A stretch of DNA of 64,000 bases from contig JAUSMV010000030.1 in assembly GCA_030645235.1 (NCBI GenBank), positions 1,296,988 to 1,360,987 on the forward strand. The letters are read 5' to 3'. The notes below the pieces were generated by a model. It saw only the letters and a program-made list of their open reading frames with translations. It was not told the origin of the DNA and did no database searches. The position numbers and the translations under genes are program-made. The stretch's first letter is position 1. Each line of letters starts with the position of its first letter. Source of the DNA: Parvibaculum sp. Its GTDB lineage: Bacteria; Pseudomonadota; Alphaproteobacteria; Parvibaculales; Parvibaculaceae. This document shows, in pieces, positions 38,954 to 48,851 of this stretch.

Positions 38954-39769
38954 TCAGGTCGGTCGGCGCGTCTCAGCGACAGTGACGCGGTAGCCAGAAC
39001 GGACCTGCGGGAAATAGTCCCAGACTGCCAAATGCCATGTGCAGCGATTGTCCCAGAAGGCTACCGATTTCGGCTGCCAGCGAAAACGCACATGGAAATT
39101 GGGGTTGGAACAATGCTTGTAAAGCATCTCCAACACACCATCGCTTTCGGCTTTGCCCAAGCCCACAATGTTTGTCGTGTATGACGGATTGACAAAGATA
39201 CCCTTCTTACCGGTCACGGGATGCGTGCGCACAACGGGATGCGTGCTGCAAGGAAAGCGTTTATTCGGGTTGTTGGTGATCGGTCGATAGACGTGCTCAC
39301 CATCATGAACCGCCATCAAGCCATCGAGATAGGTCTGCATGCCGGGCGAAAGCGCATCATAGGCGGCATACATACTCGCAAACATCGTGTCGCCGCCGAA
39401 CTCCGGCACGATGGGTAAATAGAGAATGCTGCCCATGGGGGGAGTATCATTGCAGGTAAGGTCGGAATGCCAGTTTTCACCTGCGACAAATTTTGAATTC
39501 TCATCAGCATGGATCGCGACGATTTCTGGGTGCTCAGTAAGTCCCGCCACGCCGCTATGGATAGCAAGCTCACCAAAGGCGCGGCCAAGTTCTTTGTGGC
39601 GCTCATGCGTCAGATCCTGATCGCGCAGGAAAATCACCTGATGTTCCATCAGGGCACCATGCAACTCGTCGATGAGTTTGTTGGTGATCGGTTTGGAAAG
39701 ATCAATGCCTCCGATTTCCGCGCCAATGCGTGCTGTCATTGGTTTTACAGTCAATATTTCGTATTCCAT
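38954..39769 (-). CDS. TauD-family Fe(II)/2-oxoglutarate dioxygenase
   Basis: IGAEIGGIDL, NWHSD, GGDTMFA, HPVVRTHPVTG, WDNRCTWH. Confidence 0.93.
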   Translation of the reverse strand: MEYEILTVKPMTARIGAEIGGIDLSKPITNKLIDELHGALMEHQVIFLRDQDLTHERHKELGRAFGELAIHSGVAGLTEHPEIVAIHADENSKFVAGENWHSDLTCNDTPPMGSILYLPIVPEFGGDTMFASMYAAYDALSPGMQTYLDGLMAVHDGEHVYRPITNNPNKRFPCSTHPVVRTHPVTGKKGIFVNPSYTTNIVGLGKAESDGVLEMLYKHCSNPNFHVRFRWQPKSVAFWDNRCTWHLAVWDYFPQVRSGYRVTVAETRRPT

Positions 39770-40104
39770 AAACCCAAATCCTCTACAGCGCACCTGAACC
39801 CAACGAACCATGCTCACCCCTGAATGCTAAACAAAAGCCGTTCCACATGCTTGTCTCTACGCGCCCGCGCATTTGTCTCGCAGCACATTTTCTGGCAGCC
39901 GTCGCCGTAAGCTGCTGCTGCTTTTCGCGGCGTTTGCACGCCCGTTAAATAGGCAAAGGGGTACGCGCGTGGACCTTTGGCAATAGTTTGGACGCGTGGC
40001 GCCAAGCGGACGGGACCGCTTTCTGCCTAATCTGATGTCTCGCCCGATGAGGCCCGATATTTGCTCTGTCGTTCAACGACAGTTGCGTATGAGCGGAGAC
40101 AAGA

Positions 40105-41313
40105 ATGCCGAGCACTATTCTCACCCCTGAATTCTTCGACGGGCTGCAAAGCTCGGTGATTGGTGTCAGCAAAGCCGAAACTTTGCCGCCCGCTTGTTAC
40201 ACAAGCGAAGAATTCTTTGAGTTTGAGAAAGAAGCCCTGTTTAACCGCGAATGGCTTTGCACCGGCCGCGCCGATTGGGTGAAGAGCCCCGGCGATTTTT
40301 TCACCGTCACCCATATTGGCGAACCGCTCATCATCACACGCACACGCGCAGGTGAGCTCAAAGCCCTCTCTGCTGTCTGTCAGCACCGCGCAATGCTGGT
40401 CGCTGAAGGTCGGGGCAATACCAAGGCTTTCGTCTGCCCTTATCACCACTGGACCTATGCACTCGACGGGCGCCTGATGGCGGCCCCTGCCATGAGCGAG
40501 ACCTGTGACTTCAGCCGTGATGAGATAAGGCTACCTGAGATCAAAACCGAAGTCTGGCAAGGCTTTGTCTTTGTGAATTTTGACGCGGAAGCCGCGCCGC
40601 TTGCGCCGCGATTGACGACAGTCAGCGAGGCTTTAGCGAACTACGATCTAATGAGCGCTGAAGGCGCGGTGCCCGACGCACCAATGAGTTTTCCATGGAA
40701 CTGGAAAGTCATGATGGAAAACAACAATGACGGCTATCACGCCAACAAGCTCCATAAAGGCCCTCTCCACGATTTCATCCCGAGCGAATTAGCGACCTTT
40801 CCTGAGATGCCCGAAGGAAGCGCGGGCTACCTGCGCTTCAACGGCACGCTGCATAAAGATGCCGCCTTCAACATTTTGCAAAAAGCGATCTTGCCGGTCT
40901 TCCCGAAGCTCACTGACGAGGAACGCCACCGCGCACTCTTTGCCAATATCCCGCCAACACTATCGCTCGTCGTCACGGCCGACATGGTGATTTACCTGAT
41001 CCTGCATGCGGAAAGCGCCAACACCCATTCCATGACAATCGGCTGGCTTGTGGCACCTAGCGCTATGTCGGAACCCTTATTCCAAGAGCGCCTCGACATG
41101 AATATGCAATCGGCCATGGAAATCACCAAGCAGGATCTCCACGTTGATAAGCTTGTGCAGATCGGCCTCAAATCACGCTTTGCGGTGCGCGGGCGGTATT
41201 CGTGGCAGGAACGTGCGCAGAGCGATCTCAATCAATGGCTCGTTTCGCGCTACCGCGCTTGCTGGGATGAGATGCAAGAGCCGCAGTCACGTCTCAAAGT
41301 GCACGCCGAATAA
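40105..41313 (+). CDS. Rieske non-heme iron oxygenase alpha subunit (choline monooxygenase-like group)
   Basis: CQH...CPYH Rieske ligands; NNDGYH..KLH mononuclear Fe ligands; QD. Confidence 0.92.
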   Translation: MPSTILTPEFFDGLQSSVIGVSKAETLPPACYTSEEFFEFEKEALFNREWLCTGRADWVKSPGDFFTVTHIGEPLIITRTRAGELKALSAVCQHRAMLVAEGRGNTKAFVCPYHHWTYALDGRLMAAPAMSETCDFSRDEIRLPEIKTEVWQGFVFVNFDAEAAPLAPRLTTVSEALANYDLMSAEGAVPDAPMSFPWNWKVMMENNNDGYHANKLHKGPLHDFIPSELATFPEMPEGSAGYLRFNGTLHKDAAFNILQKAILPVFPKLTDEERHRALFANIPPTLSLVVTADMVIYLILHAESANTHSMTIGWLVAPSAMSEPLFQERLDMNMQSAMEITKQDLHVDKLVQIGLKSRFAVRGRYSWQERAQSDLNQWLVSRYRACWDEMQEPQSRLKVHAE

Positions 41314-42113
41314 TGCCTGAGAAGAACCACGTCATGCAAAAAACCGCTCCCGCCATTTTCTTCGGCCATGGCAGTCCGGGTAATGTGATGGAAGACAATG
41401 CCATAACACAATGTTGGGAAGCGCTTGGTCATGAGATCGGCAAGCCCAGAGGCATCATCTGTGTATCAGCTCATTGGTATACGCATGGCATCTATGTGAG
41501 TGCCGCAGCAAAGCCCGACACCATTCACGATTTTGGCGGCTTCCCGCAAGAGATGTATCGCCTGCAATATCCCGCTGCCGGTGCGCCAGAACTCGCAGCG
41601 GCGATTGCGGCCCGTCTTGCGCCGCTTGATGTGACGCCCGATCCGGAACGTGGCTTTGATCACGGCTCTTGGTGTGTACTTTCTAAAGTCTATCCGGATG
41701 CTGACGTGCCCGTTGTGCAGGTGAGCATGGACATGACTTTGCCGCCGGAAGCGCATTTTGAGATCGGGAAACGTCTCGGCACGTTTCGTGATGAAGGCTA
41801 TCTGCTCATGGGTTCCGGTAACATTGTGCACAACCTGCCAGAAATGGATTGGCAGATGCGTAGTGGCGCTTACGACTGGGCGACGCGTTTTGGTGATCAT
41901 ATCCGCGCGAGCATTGAGGCCGACACCCCTCAGGGCATTGTCAATTATGCTGCTCAAGGACGCGACGCGACGCTTTCTGTCCCGTCGCCTGATCATTACC
42001 TGCCACTGCTCTATGTCATGGGCGCGCGCCGTCCAAATGACTCACTGCGCTTTGAAACAACAGTCGTCGAGTATGGCTCGCTCGACATGACGAGTGTGGT
42101 GATCGGCGCATGA
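41313..42113 (+). CDS. 4,5-DOPA extradiol dioxygenase-like (YgiD/LigB family)
   Basis: FFGHGSP, SAHW, TIHDFGGFP, GFDHG, GSGNIVHNL, PSPDHYLPL. Confidence 0.9.
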   Translation: MPEKNHVMQKTAPAIFFGHGSPGNVMEDNAITQCWEALGHEIGKPRGIICVSAHWYTHGIYVSAAAKPDTIHDFGGFPQEMYRLQYPAAGAPELAAAIAARLAPLDVTPDPERGFDHGSWCVLSKVYPDADVPVVQVSMDMTLPPEAHFEIGKRLGTFRDEGYLLMGSGNIVHNLPEMDWQMRSGAYDWATRFGDHIRASIEADTPQGIVNYAAQGRDATLSVPSPDHYLPLLYVMGARRPNDSLRFETTVVEYGSLDMTSVVIGA

Positions 42114-42211
42114 ATAAACGTCTCTTGGCCATATCTATTGCGTGCTGACACAAGACGGCAGATCACGCTCAGCTGACACTCAAATATCTGTCTTAGTTCT
42201 CTGGAGTTCTC

Positions 42212-43291
42212 ATGGCGCATACACCTGTACAGGCTTCTCAAGGTTCAGACCGCACAACGCCGTCTGCCCTTCACGTTCTCAAAGCAACACCTGAGACCTG
42301 CCATTGGGGTTATTTCGATGCGTCGCTTGCGCCTGTGATCAAAGTCAAAAGTGGCGATCTTATTCAGGCCGAGGCTGTCACTCATCACGCGGGCGACGCG
42401 CCTGACATTATGATGGATGAATCCGTGCGCCACATCTTCACGACAATCCCTGAGGCCGACCGCAATCCTGGCGTCCATCTGATGACGGGGCCGATCTGGG
42501 TGGAAAATGCCAAACCCGGCGATATGCTTGAAGTGCGCTATCTGCGCATGACGCCACGCTTTGACTATGGCTCGAACCTCGCGGCCAATTGGGGGCATCT
42601 CTACAAGGAGTTCGGCGAAAGAGAGCGCGTAACGATCTATCGTCTCGATAAAGCAACCAATCAGGCTGAAGCTTTCTACGCCTATGACTTTCAGGGTAAG
42701 TATGAAATGCCAGGCAAGATCACCAATTGCCCTGAATGTGACCGCCAGGCGGCGCTAAACGGCGTGCGTGTACCAGTGCGCCCGCATCTCGGTACTGCGG
42801 GCGTCGCCCCTGACGTGAAAGGTCGCGTCAGTACCATTCCACCGGGTGCGCATGGCGGCAATATTGACAATTGGCGCATCGGTGCGGGCGCCACAATGTT
42901 TTATCCCGTTGCAGTGGACGGGGCGCTTTTCTCCATTGGTGACCCGCATATCTCGCAAGGAGATGGAGAGATTAGCGGCACGGCGATTGAAGCCTCACTC
43001 GACGTGCTCTTTCAGATCGTGCTTCGTAAGGATTTCCGTTTTCCCTCGCCGCTGCTTGAAACACCAAAGTTCTGGATTGTGCATGGCTTTGATGAGGATC
43101 TTAATGTCGCCATGCGCGGCGCCTCGCTCGACATGTTGAAATTCCTCAATGAGGAACGCGGATTGAGCAAGAACGACGCCTATTCACTTATGAGCATTAC
43201 AGCGGACTTCACCGTGACGCAGGTGGTGGACGGGCGGCAGGGCGTACATGTGCGCATCCCGCGGAGCATTTTCCCGACAAGCGCTAAGTAA
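42212..43291 (+). CDS. Acetamidase/formamidase family protein
   Basis: HWGYFD, TGPI...AKPGD, HGGNIDNW, GDPH.SQGDGE.SGTAIE. Confidence 0.92.
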   Translation: MAHTPVQASQGSDRTTPSALHVLKATPETCHWGYFDASLAPVIKVKSGDLIQAEAVTHHAGDAPDIMMDESVRHIFTTIPEADRNPGVHLMTGPIWVENAKPGDMLEVRYLRMTPRFDYGSNLAANWGHLYKEFGERERVTIYRLDKATNQAEAFYAYDFQGKYEMPGKITNCPECDRQAALNGVRVPVRPHLGTAGVAPDVKGRVSTIPPGAHGGNIDNWRIGAGATMFYPVAVDGALFSIGDPHISQGDGEISGTAIEASLDVLFQIVLRKDFRFPSPLLETPKFWIVHGFDEDLNVAMRGASLDMLKFLNEERGLSKNDAYSLMSITADFTVTQVVDGRQGVHVRIPRSIFPTSAK

Positions 43292-43489
43292 AGCACCGTT
43301 ATCTGTACCTTTGGTCTGCGGGCACGCTTCTTGCGAAGTCTCACATGTGCGACGCAGCCAAAGGTGTCCTTCTGCCAGTTTTTTGCAAAAGGCATTGAGG
43401 AGACCATTTGAGCTGCACAAATTTTTGGCAAGAGGCGCGGCTATGAGCAGTGAATGCCTTAGGCCATTGTAATGAGTGTGTGAGACCTT

Positions 43490-45868
43490 ATGGATGCTTG
43501 GCGCTTTTCTACTGAATCTTATCCTAAGCCGGACCGCTACGAAGCTTGGCAGGAGGCACTGGAGCGCCTTGCGCTGAAGCCCACGGGCCACTCGACCAAT
43601 GACGGTGCCTACGGCGTCTTGTCTGCCGTAATCGCACAGTCGGGCATGAGCTTCACGCGGCTCACGTCTACACCGCAAGACCTAAGCGCCATTCAGGAGA
43701 TCAACAAGGAGGCAGGCAAGGACGGCGTTTGGGTGACGTCGCTGCTCGAAGGCCGTGTCACGTTCCATGATGCTGGCCACGACATAAAAGCGTCGGCCGG
43801 TGACATCGTTTATGGCGCTGTCGGATCTGACACGACCTTCACGCTCGAAACCAACTGCCGCATGGTCATCGTCTACATCCCGCGCTCGGCCTTTCGCCCG
43901 CGCCTGATGGCACCCCTTCCCACAAAGGTTATTCATCTGTCGGGCCGTGCAGGCATCGGCCATGTGCTGGCGGGCTTTCTCGCCTCTGTCTCCGAAGCGC
44001 TGGAGGATCTGAGCGTCGATCAACTGCGCCCCATTGAAATGGCGCTACCTGAATTTTTAATGGCGGGAATTTTCAAACAAGCTGACACGCGCGCGCTCGG
44101 TGGTGCAGCGGGCGTGCGCGCGGCGCTGCTTCACCGCGTGTGCCAGACAGTTGAAGCACAACTTGGCGATCCGGACCTTTCGCTCACCCAAATTGCGGAG
44201 AGCCACGGTATTTCACCGCGCTATGTGCAGAAACTTTTCGAAAATGTGGGGCAGAGCTTCACGCGCTATATCCGTTATCGCCGTCTCGAACGGTGCCGCT
44301 ATGACCTTGAAAGCCCTATTCACAATCAGCTATCCATCTCAGATATTTGTTTCCGCTGGGGCTTCAACGATGCGGCACATTTCAGCCGCGCTTTTCGCGA
44401 TCAGTATAATATCTCACCGCGTGAGTATCGTCGTGCATCTCCCGCCGAACGAGAGGCGGGAGATGCATGGGTAGCCAACCGCGGTAAGCCTGCCGAGCGC
44501 GTCGGCGCGCAGCGTGATGATTCACGCCAGTACGAGCATGAGCCGGAAGGCGAGCTGGCCGTGGCCTCCCCGCCTGCGATGACGCCTGAACCTGAGTTCG
44601 TCAGCGTGCCGTTGTCAGAAGACGGTGCAAGGCATCACTATTTGCCAGCGACTGCCAACACAGTACATTGGGGCTATTTCAGCCGCTCGATCCCACCGGT
44701 CCTCAACATGCGCACGGGCGATTTCGTCACCATTGAAACGCTGACGCAGCATGCCAACGACGACCATGAACGCATGATCGACAATGATGCGGGCGCCGAA
44801 AGCGTATTTCATTGGACGAAAGAAGGTAAAAATGTCGACCGACGCGGCGCAGGGCCAACCGATGCATCAATCTATGGCCGTGGCTCCGGCGAAGGTTTCG
44901 GCGTTCATATTTGTACCGGACCCATTTACATTCAGGACGCGATGCCTGGAGATATTGTTGAGCTTCGTGTGCTCGACATTCAACCGCGCCCTTGCGCCAG
45001 CGAGCGCTTCGAGGGACGACACTTTGGCAGCAATGCCGCCGCGTGGTGGGGATTTCACTATAGTGAATTGTTGACACAGCCGACGAACCGCGAAGTCATC
45101 ACGATCTATGAAATTGAAAAACGGCGCAGCGGCGATGTGGCGCGCGCAGTTTACAATTACCGCTGGACACCGCAAACCGATCCATTCGGTGTCGTTCATT
45201 CGATCATCGACTATCCAGGCGTACCGGTTGATCACACGACGATTGAGAAGAATTTTGATGTCCTCAAAAATATCGAGATACCATTGCGGGCGCATTTTGG
45301 TGTGGTGGCGCTCGCCCCTGATCACTGGGGCGCAGTGGATAGCGTGCCACCCGCGCATTTCGGCGGCAATATTGACAACTGGCGGCTAGGTGCGGGGGCT
45401 TGTGTCTTTCTGCCTGTCTCCGTTCCCGGTGGACTTTTATCAGTTGGTGATCCCCATGCCTCGCAAGGTGACTCAGAGCTATGCGGCACAGCGATTGAAT
45501 GTTCATTGACGGGTGTGTTTCAGGTGGTCCTACACAAGAAACGCGAGCTACCCGGTAAGCTCGTCGATCTCGATTATCCGCTCATTGAAACTGATGATGA
45601 ATGGGTGATCACGGGATTCTCTCATCCAAATTATCTGAAGGAACTCGGACGCAACGCGCAGACGGAAGTTTACAAGCAGGCTTCCGTTGACCTTGCGATG
45701 CGCGACGCATTTCGCAAGACGCGGCGCTTTTTGATGACCACTAAGGGGTTAACCGAAGACGAGGCGATTTCGCTCATGTCAGTCGCCGTTGATTTTGGCA
45801 TCACGCAGATTGTGGATGGCAATTGGGGCGTTCATGCCGTGATCAGAAAATCCATGTTTCGCGACTGA
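43490..45868 (+). CDS. Fusion of an AraC-family regulator (FeaR-like sensor plus HTH) and an acetamidase/formamidase domain
   Basis: ISPRYVQKLF...SISDICFRWGFNDAAHFSRAFRDQYNISPREYR, then HWGYF, GGNIDNW, GDPHASQGDSELCGTAIE in one reading frame. Confidence 0.9.
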   Translation: MDAWRFSTESYPKPDRYEAWQEALERLALKPTGHSTNDGAYGVLSAVIAQSGMSFTRLTSTPQDLSAIQEINKEAGKDGVWVTSLLEGRVTFHDAGHDIKASAGDIVYGAVGSDTTFTLETNCRMVIVYIPRSAFRPRLMAPLPTKVIHLSGRAGIGHVLAGFLASVSEALEDLSVDQLRPIEMALPEFLMAGIFKQADTRALGGAAGVRAALLHRVCQTVEAQLGDPDLSLTQIAESHGISPRYVQKLFENVGQSFTRYIRYRRLERCRYDLESPIHNQLSISDICFRWGFNDAAHFSRAFRDQYNISPREYRRASPAEREAGDAWVANRGKPAERVGAQRDDSRQYEHEPEGELAVASPPAMTPEPEFVSVPLSEDGARHHYLPATANTVHWGYFSRSIPPVLNMRTGDFVTIETLTQHANDDHERMIDNDAGAESVFHWTKEGKNVDRRGAGPTDASIYGRGSGEGFGVHICTGPIYIQDAMPGDIVELRVLDIQPRPCASERFEGRHFGSNAAAWWGFHYSELLTQPTNREVITIYEIEKRRSGDVARAVYNYRWTPQTDPFGVVHSIIDYPGVPVDHTTIEKNFDVLKNIEIPLRAHFGVVALAPDHWGAVDSVPPAHFGGNIDNWRLGAGACVFLPVSVPGGLLSVGDPHASQGDSELCGTAIECSLTGVFQVVLHKKRELPGKLVDLDYPLIETDDEWVITGFSHPNYLKELGRNAQTEVYKQASVDLAMRDAFRKTRRFLMTTKGLTEDEAISLMSVAVDFGITQIVDGNWGVHAVIRKSMFRD

Positions 45869-46760
45869 GATGAGAGCCGAGGCGCGCCAAGGCCTCGACG
45901 GGCGCCCTTGGGCCCATGTGCTCGCAGGCAAGTGCCGCCACACGTGCGGCGATGGTCATGGCTTTGCCGAAGGAAGCGCCTGACATGTCGGCAAAGAGAA
46001 AGCCTGCATGAAAGGCATCACCCGCACCCGTCGTATCAACCACATGACAGGGCGCGGCCGGAACGATCACTATGTCGCCACCATGGAGCGCACCCAATGC
46101 TCCAGCACTGCCCATCGTCACGATATGGCGATGTCCGCCAAGAGCGGCGAGCGCAGCGAGCATGTCAGCTGGCGCGTCCGAGCCTGCAATTTCTGCGGCT
46201 ACCGATTTGGGCACGATGGCTGTCTCAACAAGCGTCAAAAGTTCCAATGTTTGCGCAGTGACCGCCTCAGCATCGCATGTTGTCGCAATGCCTCGCTTAG
46301 CTGCCTCGCGCGCAATGACGACGGAGGCTGCGGTCTCGTGGCCGTCGAAATAAACATGCGTAAACTTAGCCCAATCGGCCTCAGAAATCCGGCCTGAATG
46401 AGGGGGAAAGGCGAGAGAAGCCGTCTCGATGATAGATCTTTCGCCGTTTTCACTATCAACAAAAATATAGGCGCATGGGTTTTGATGACCATCCGCCCGC
46501 TCAACGGCGCTCGCATCGACGCCTGCACTTCCCAGAGCGTTCAACACACGCGCGCCACTGCTGTCCGCACCCACAACTCCAGCATAAGTGACTGGGATGC
46601 CAAGGGCTGACAACGTCACCGCCGCATTCAAGCACTGGCCGCCAATCACAATGACGGGCTCTTGTGTGCGTTGTTTGGCATCACTCGCTAGCGCCGACAA
46701 TTTTACCTTAAAGATGTAGTCCACGCTGTTACGCCCGACACAGAGAACTCTCGACGCCAT
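45843..46760 (-). CDS. PfkB/ribokinase-family sugar kinase
   Basis: GGQCLNAAVTL, VTMGSAG, DTTGAGDAFHAG; SD GGAGG. Confidence 0.92.
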   Translation of the reverse strand: MASRVLCVGRNSVDYIFKVKLSALASDAKQRTQEPVIVIGGQCLNAAVTLSALGIPVTYAGVVGADSSGARVLNALGSAGVDASAVERADGHQNPCAYIFVDSENGERSIIETASLAFPPHSGRISEADWAKFTHVYFDGHETAASVVIAREAAKRGIATTCDAEAVTAQTLELLTLVETAIVPKSVAAEIAGSDAPADMLAALAALGGHRHIVTMGSAGALGALHGGDIVIVPAAPCHVVDTTGAGDAFHAGFLFADMSGASFGKAMTIAARVAALACEHMGPRAPVEALARLGSHLSRETWIF

Positions 46761-46967
46761 AATCACCTCCTTTACATGCAAGCTCACTCTAGCTCTGGCA
46801 CATGCGTCATGCTCGGACAGAGGTGCTCGAAAAATTGGATCAGATACCCGATATCTGAGCTTTCACATTTTGTGAGGTGTATTGCACAAGTTTCGGGGCG
46901 TATGGGCACCTGCATAGAACTTCAATCCGCCACAAAATGAACCTTCAAAACTATGTTCAGGGGTTGA

Positions 46968-48848
46968 GTGATGAGACAGTCGGGCGCAACACGGCGAGAG
47001 GCATTGAAGGCCTTGACGGCCAGCGGGCTGGCAACCCTTTCATTGCCGGCGCTCACCGCTCCTGCTTCAGCTACACAAGGCACTCCCTTTCAGCACGGTG
47101 TAGCGAGCGGCGCCCCTGAAGAGCAGGCTGTTATTCTCTGGACACGCGTCACGGTTGAAGGTGCACGTGACCTCACTTTGCGCTGGCAGGTAGCGTTGGA
47201 TGACACGTTTGAAACCCTCGTGCTCGAAGGCGAGATTGTGGCCCGCGCATCTCATGACCACACTGCCAAAATCGATGTACGCGAACTCAAAGCCGGCCAT
47301 CGTTATGCCTATCGCTTTCTGCTTGGCGACGCGCGTTCACCGACTGGATACACACGGACGCTTGCAGGCGTGGATGCCATGCGGCTCGTACTCGGTGTGG
47401 TCTCCTGCTCACACTACGGCTTTGGCTTTTTCAATGCCTATAGAGAGCTTGGTAAACGCGATGACCTTGATGCCATCGTGCATCTGGGTGACTACATTTA
47501 TGAATACGGACCGGATGGCTATGGCGGCGATGTGGCTAAGGAGATCGGCCGCGAGCATGAACCGGCGCATGAAATTCTGACGCTAGCCGATTATCGCGTA
47601 CGCTTTGCACAGTATCGCCGTGACCCTGATTTGCAGGCAGCGCATGCAGCCGCTCCCTTCATCGCTATGTGGGACGATCACGAGACAGCTAATAATTCCT
47701 GGGCTGCAGGGGCAGACAATCACAATCCGGAAAAAGAGGGTTCATGGGAAGGGCGACGCGATGCGGCGCTTAGAGCCTATTTCGAATGGATGCCGATGCG
47801 TGACCCCAAACCCGGCAAAGCGTTTCATACGCTCCACAGAACTTATGAGATGGGGCGCCTTGCCAGCTTGCACACAATCGAGACGCGGCTCACCGCGAGG
47901 AGCCAAGAAGTGAACTATGAAGACGAAATGCTCTATGCCGAAACGCATTATGACGTCTCAGATGCTCGCCATCCTGTACCTGTTACGCCCGAAGGAGCAT
48001 CGCTCTTGCCCGAAGCGTATGTCGAAATATTGAAAACGCCTTTTTCTGAAAACGATGGCATGCCTGTTTATGATTATGCACGCACCAAACTATGGATGAC
48101 ATCGGCCCTGCCAGAGGGATATTCTTATCGTCCTGATACGGATCGTTTTCGTCGCGAAGTGCTGGGTGACCCCAAACGCATGCTGATGGGGACAGCACAA
48201 CTGGGCTGGTTGGCCCAAGAACTGAAAACGTCGCGCGCCAAGGGTACGCCTTGGCAGATTCTTGGCAATCAGATCGTAATGGCACGCATGGACGCACCGG
48301 ATTTTACCAAAGCTTTCCCCGAGGACGTGATCGCACCTGCAATCGCTACGAATAAGTACAACCGCCAATGGGTTGAGCGAACAAAACTAGGCCTCCCGAT
48401 CAGCCCTGGCGCATGGGACGGCTATCCCGCTGACCGGCAGCGGCTTTACAAGGTCGTGCGCGAGGCGAAAGCCAATTTCATTGTTCTGTCAGGTGATTCA
48501 CATCAGTTCTGGGCGAACGATCTGCGCGAAACGCCGCAAGGAAACCGCATCGGTATTGAGTTTGCCACAAGCAGTGTCAGCTCCAAAGGAGGATACGACT
48601 ATCTTGCTGCTGACCCGCGCGTTTATGACATCGCCGAGGAAGTGTTGCAGCGCGACGTGCCGGAAATCCATTGGTGTGATACGCGCCATCGTGGATTTAT
48701 TGTGTTGGAAGTCACAGCGGAGAGCATTTGCGCCGACTATATGGCTGTCTCGACTGTAAAGTCGCGTGACTACACCGTGACGCGCCTGCGTCGGTTTGAG
48801 GTTTCTCAAGAAGGCGCAGGCATTTTATCGGAATTGAAAGAAGTGTAA
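46968..48848 (+). CDS. phoD: PhoD-family alkaline phosphatase/phosphodiesterase, Tat-exported
   Basis: TRREALK, FQHGVASG, HLGDYIYEY, WDDHETANN, WDGYP, SGDSH. Confidence 0.93.
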   Translation: MMRQSGATRREALKALTASGLATLSLPALTAPASATQGTPFQHGVASGAPEEQAVILWTRVTVEGARDLTLRWQVALDDTFETLVLEGEIVARASHDHTAKIDVRELKAGHRYAYRFLLGDARSPTGYTRTLAGVDAMRLVLGVVSCSHYGFGFFNAYRELGKRDDLDAIVHLGDYIYEYGPDGYGGDVAKEIGREHEPAHEILTLADYRVRFAQYRRDPDLQAAHAAAPFIAMWDDHETANNSWAAGADNHNPEKEGSWEGRRDAALRAYFEWMPMRDPKPGKAFHTLHRTYEMGRLASLHTIETRLTARSQEVNYEDEMLYAETHYDVSDARHPVPVTPEGASLLPEAYVEILKTPFSENDGMPVYDYARTKLWMTSALPEGYSYRPDTDRFRREVLGDPKRMLMGTAQLGWLAQELKTSRAKGTPWQILGNQIVMARMDAPDFTKAFPEDVIAPAIATNKYNRQWVERTKLGLPISPGAWDGYPADRQRLYKVVREAKANFIVLSGDSHQFWANDLRETPQGNRIGIEFATSSVSSKGGYDYLAADPRVYDIAEEVLQRDVPEIHWCDTRHRGFIVLEVTAESICADYMAVSTVKSRDYTVTRLRRFEVSQEGAGILSELKEV

Positions 48849-48851
48849 GTA

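Noticed and set aside
39825-39840. Sigma54 promoter for the second tauD (CGGCTT-TTGTT-TAGCA)
   Set aside because: The spacing fits but both boxes deviate from consensus, so it is too weak to call.
46860-46960. Pho box upstream of phoD
   Set aside because: No convincing CTGTCAT direct repeat with 11-bp periodicity.
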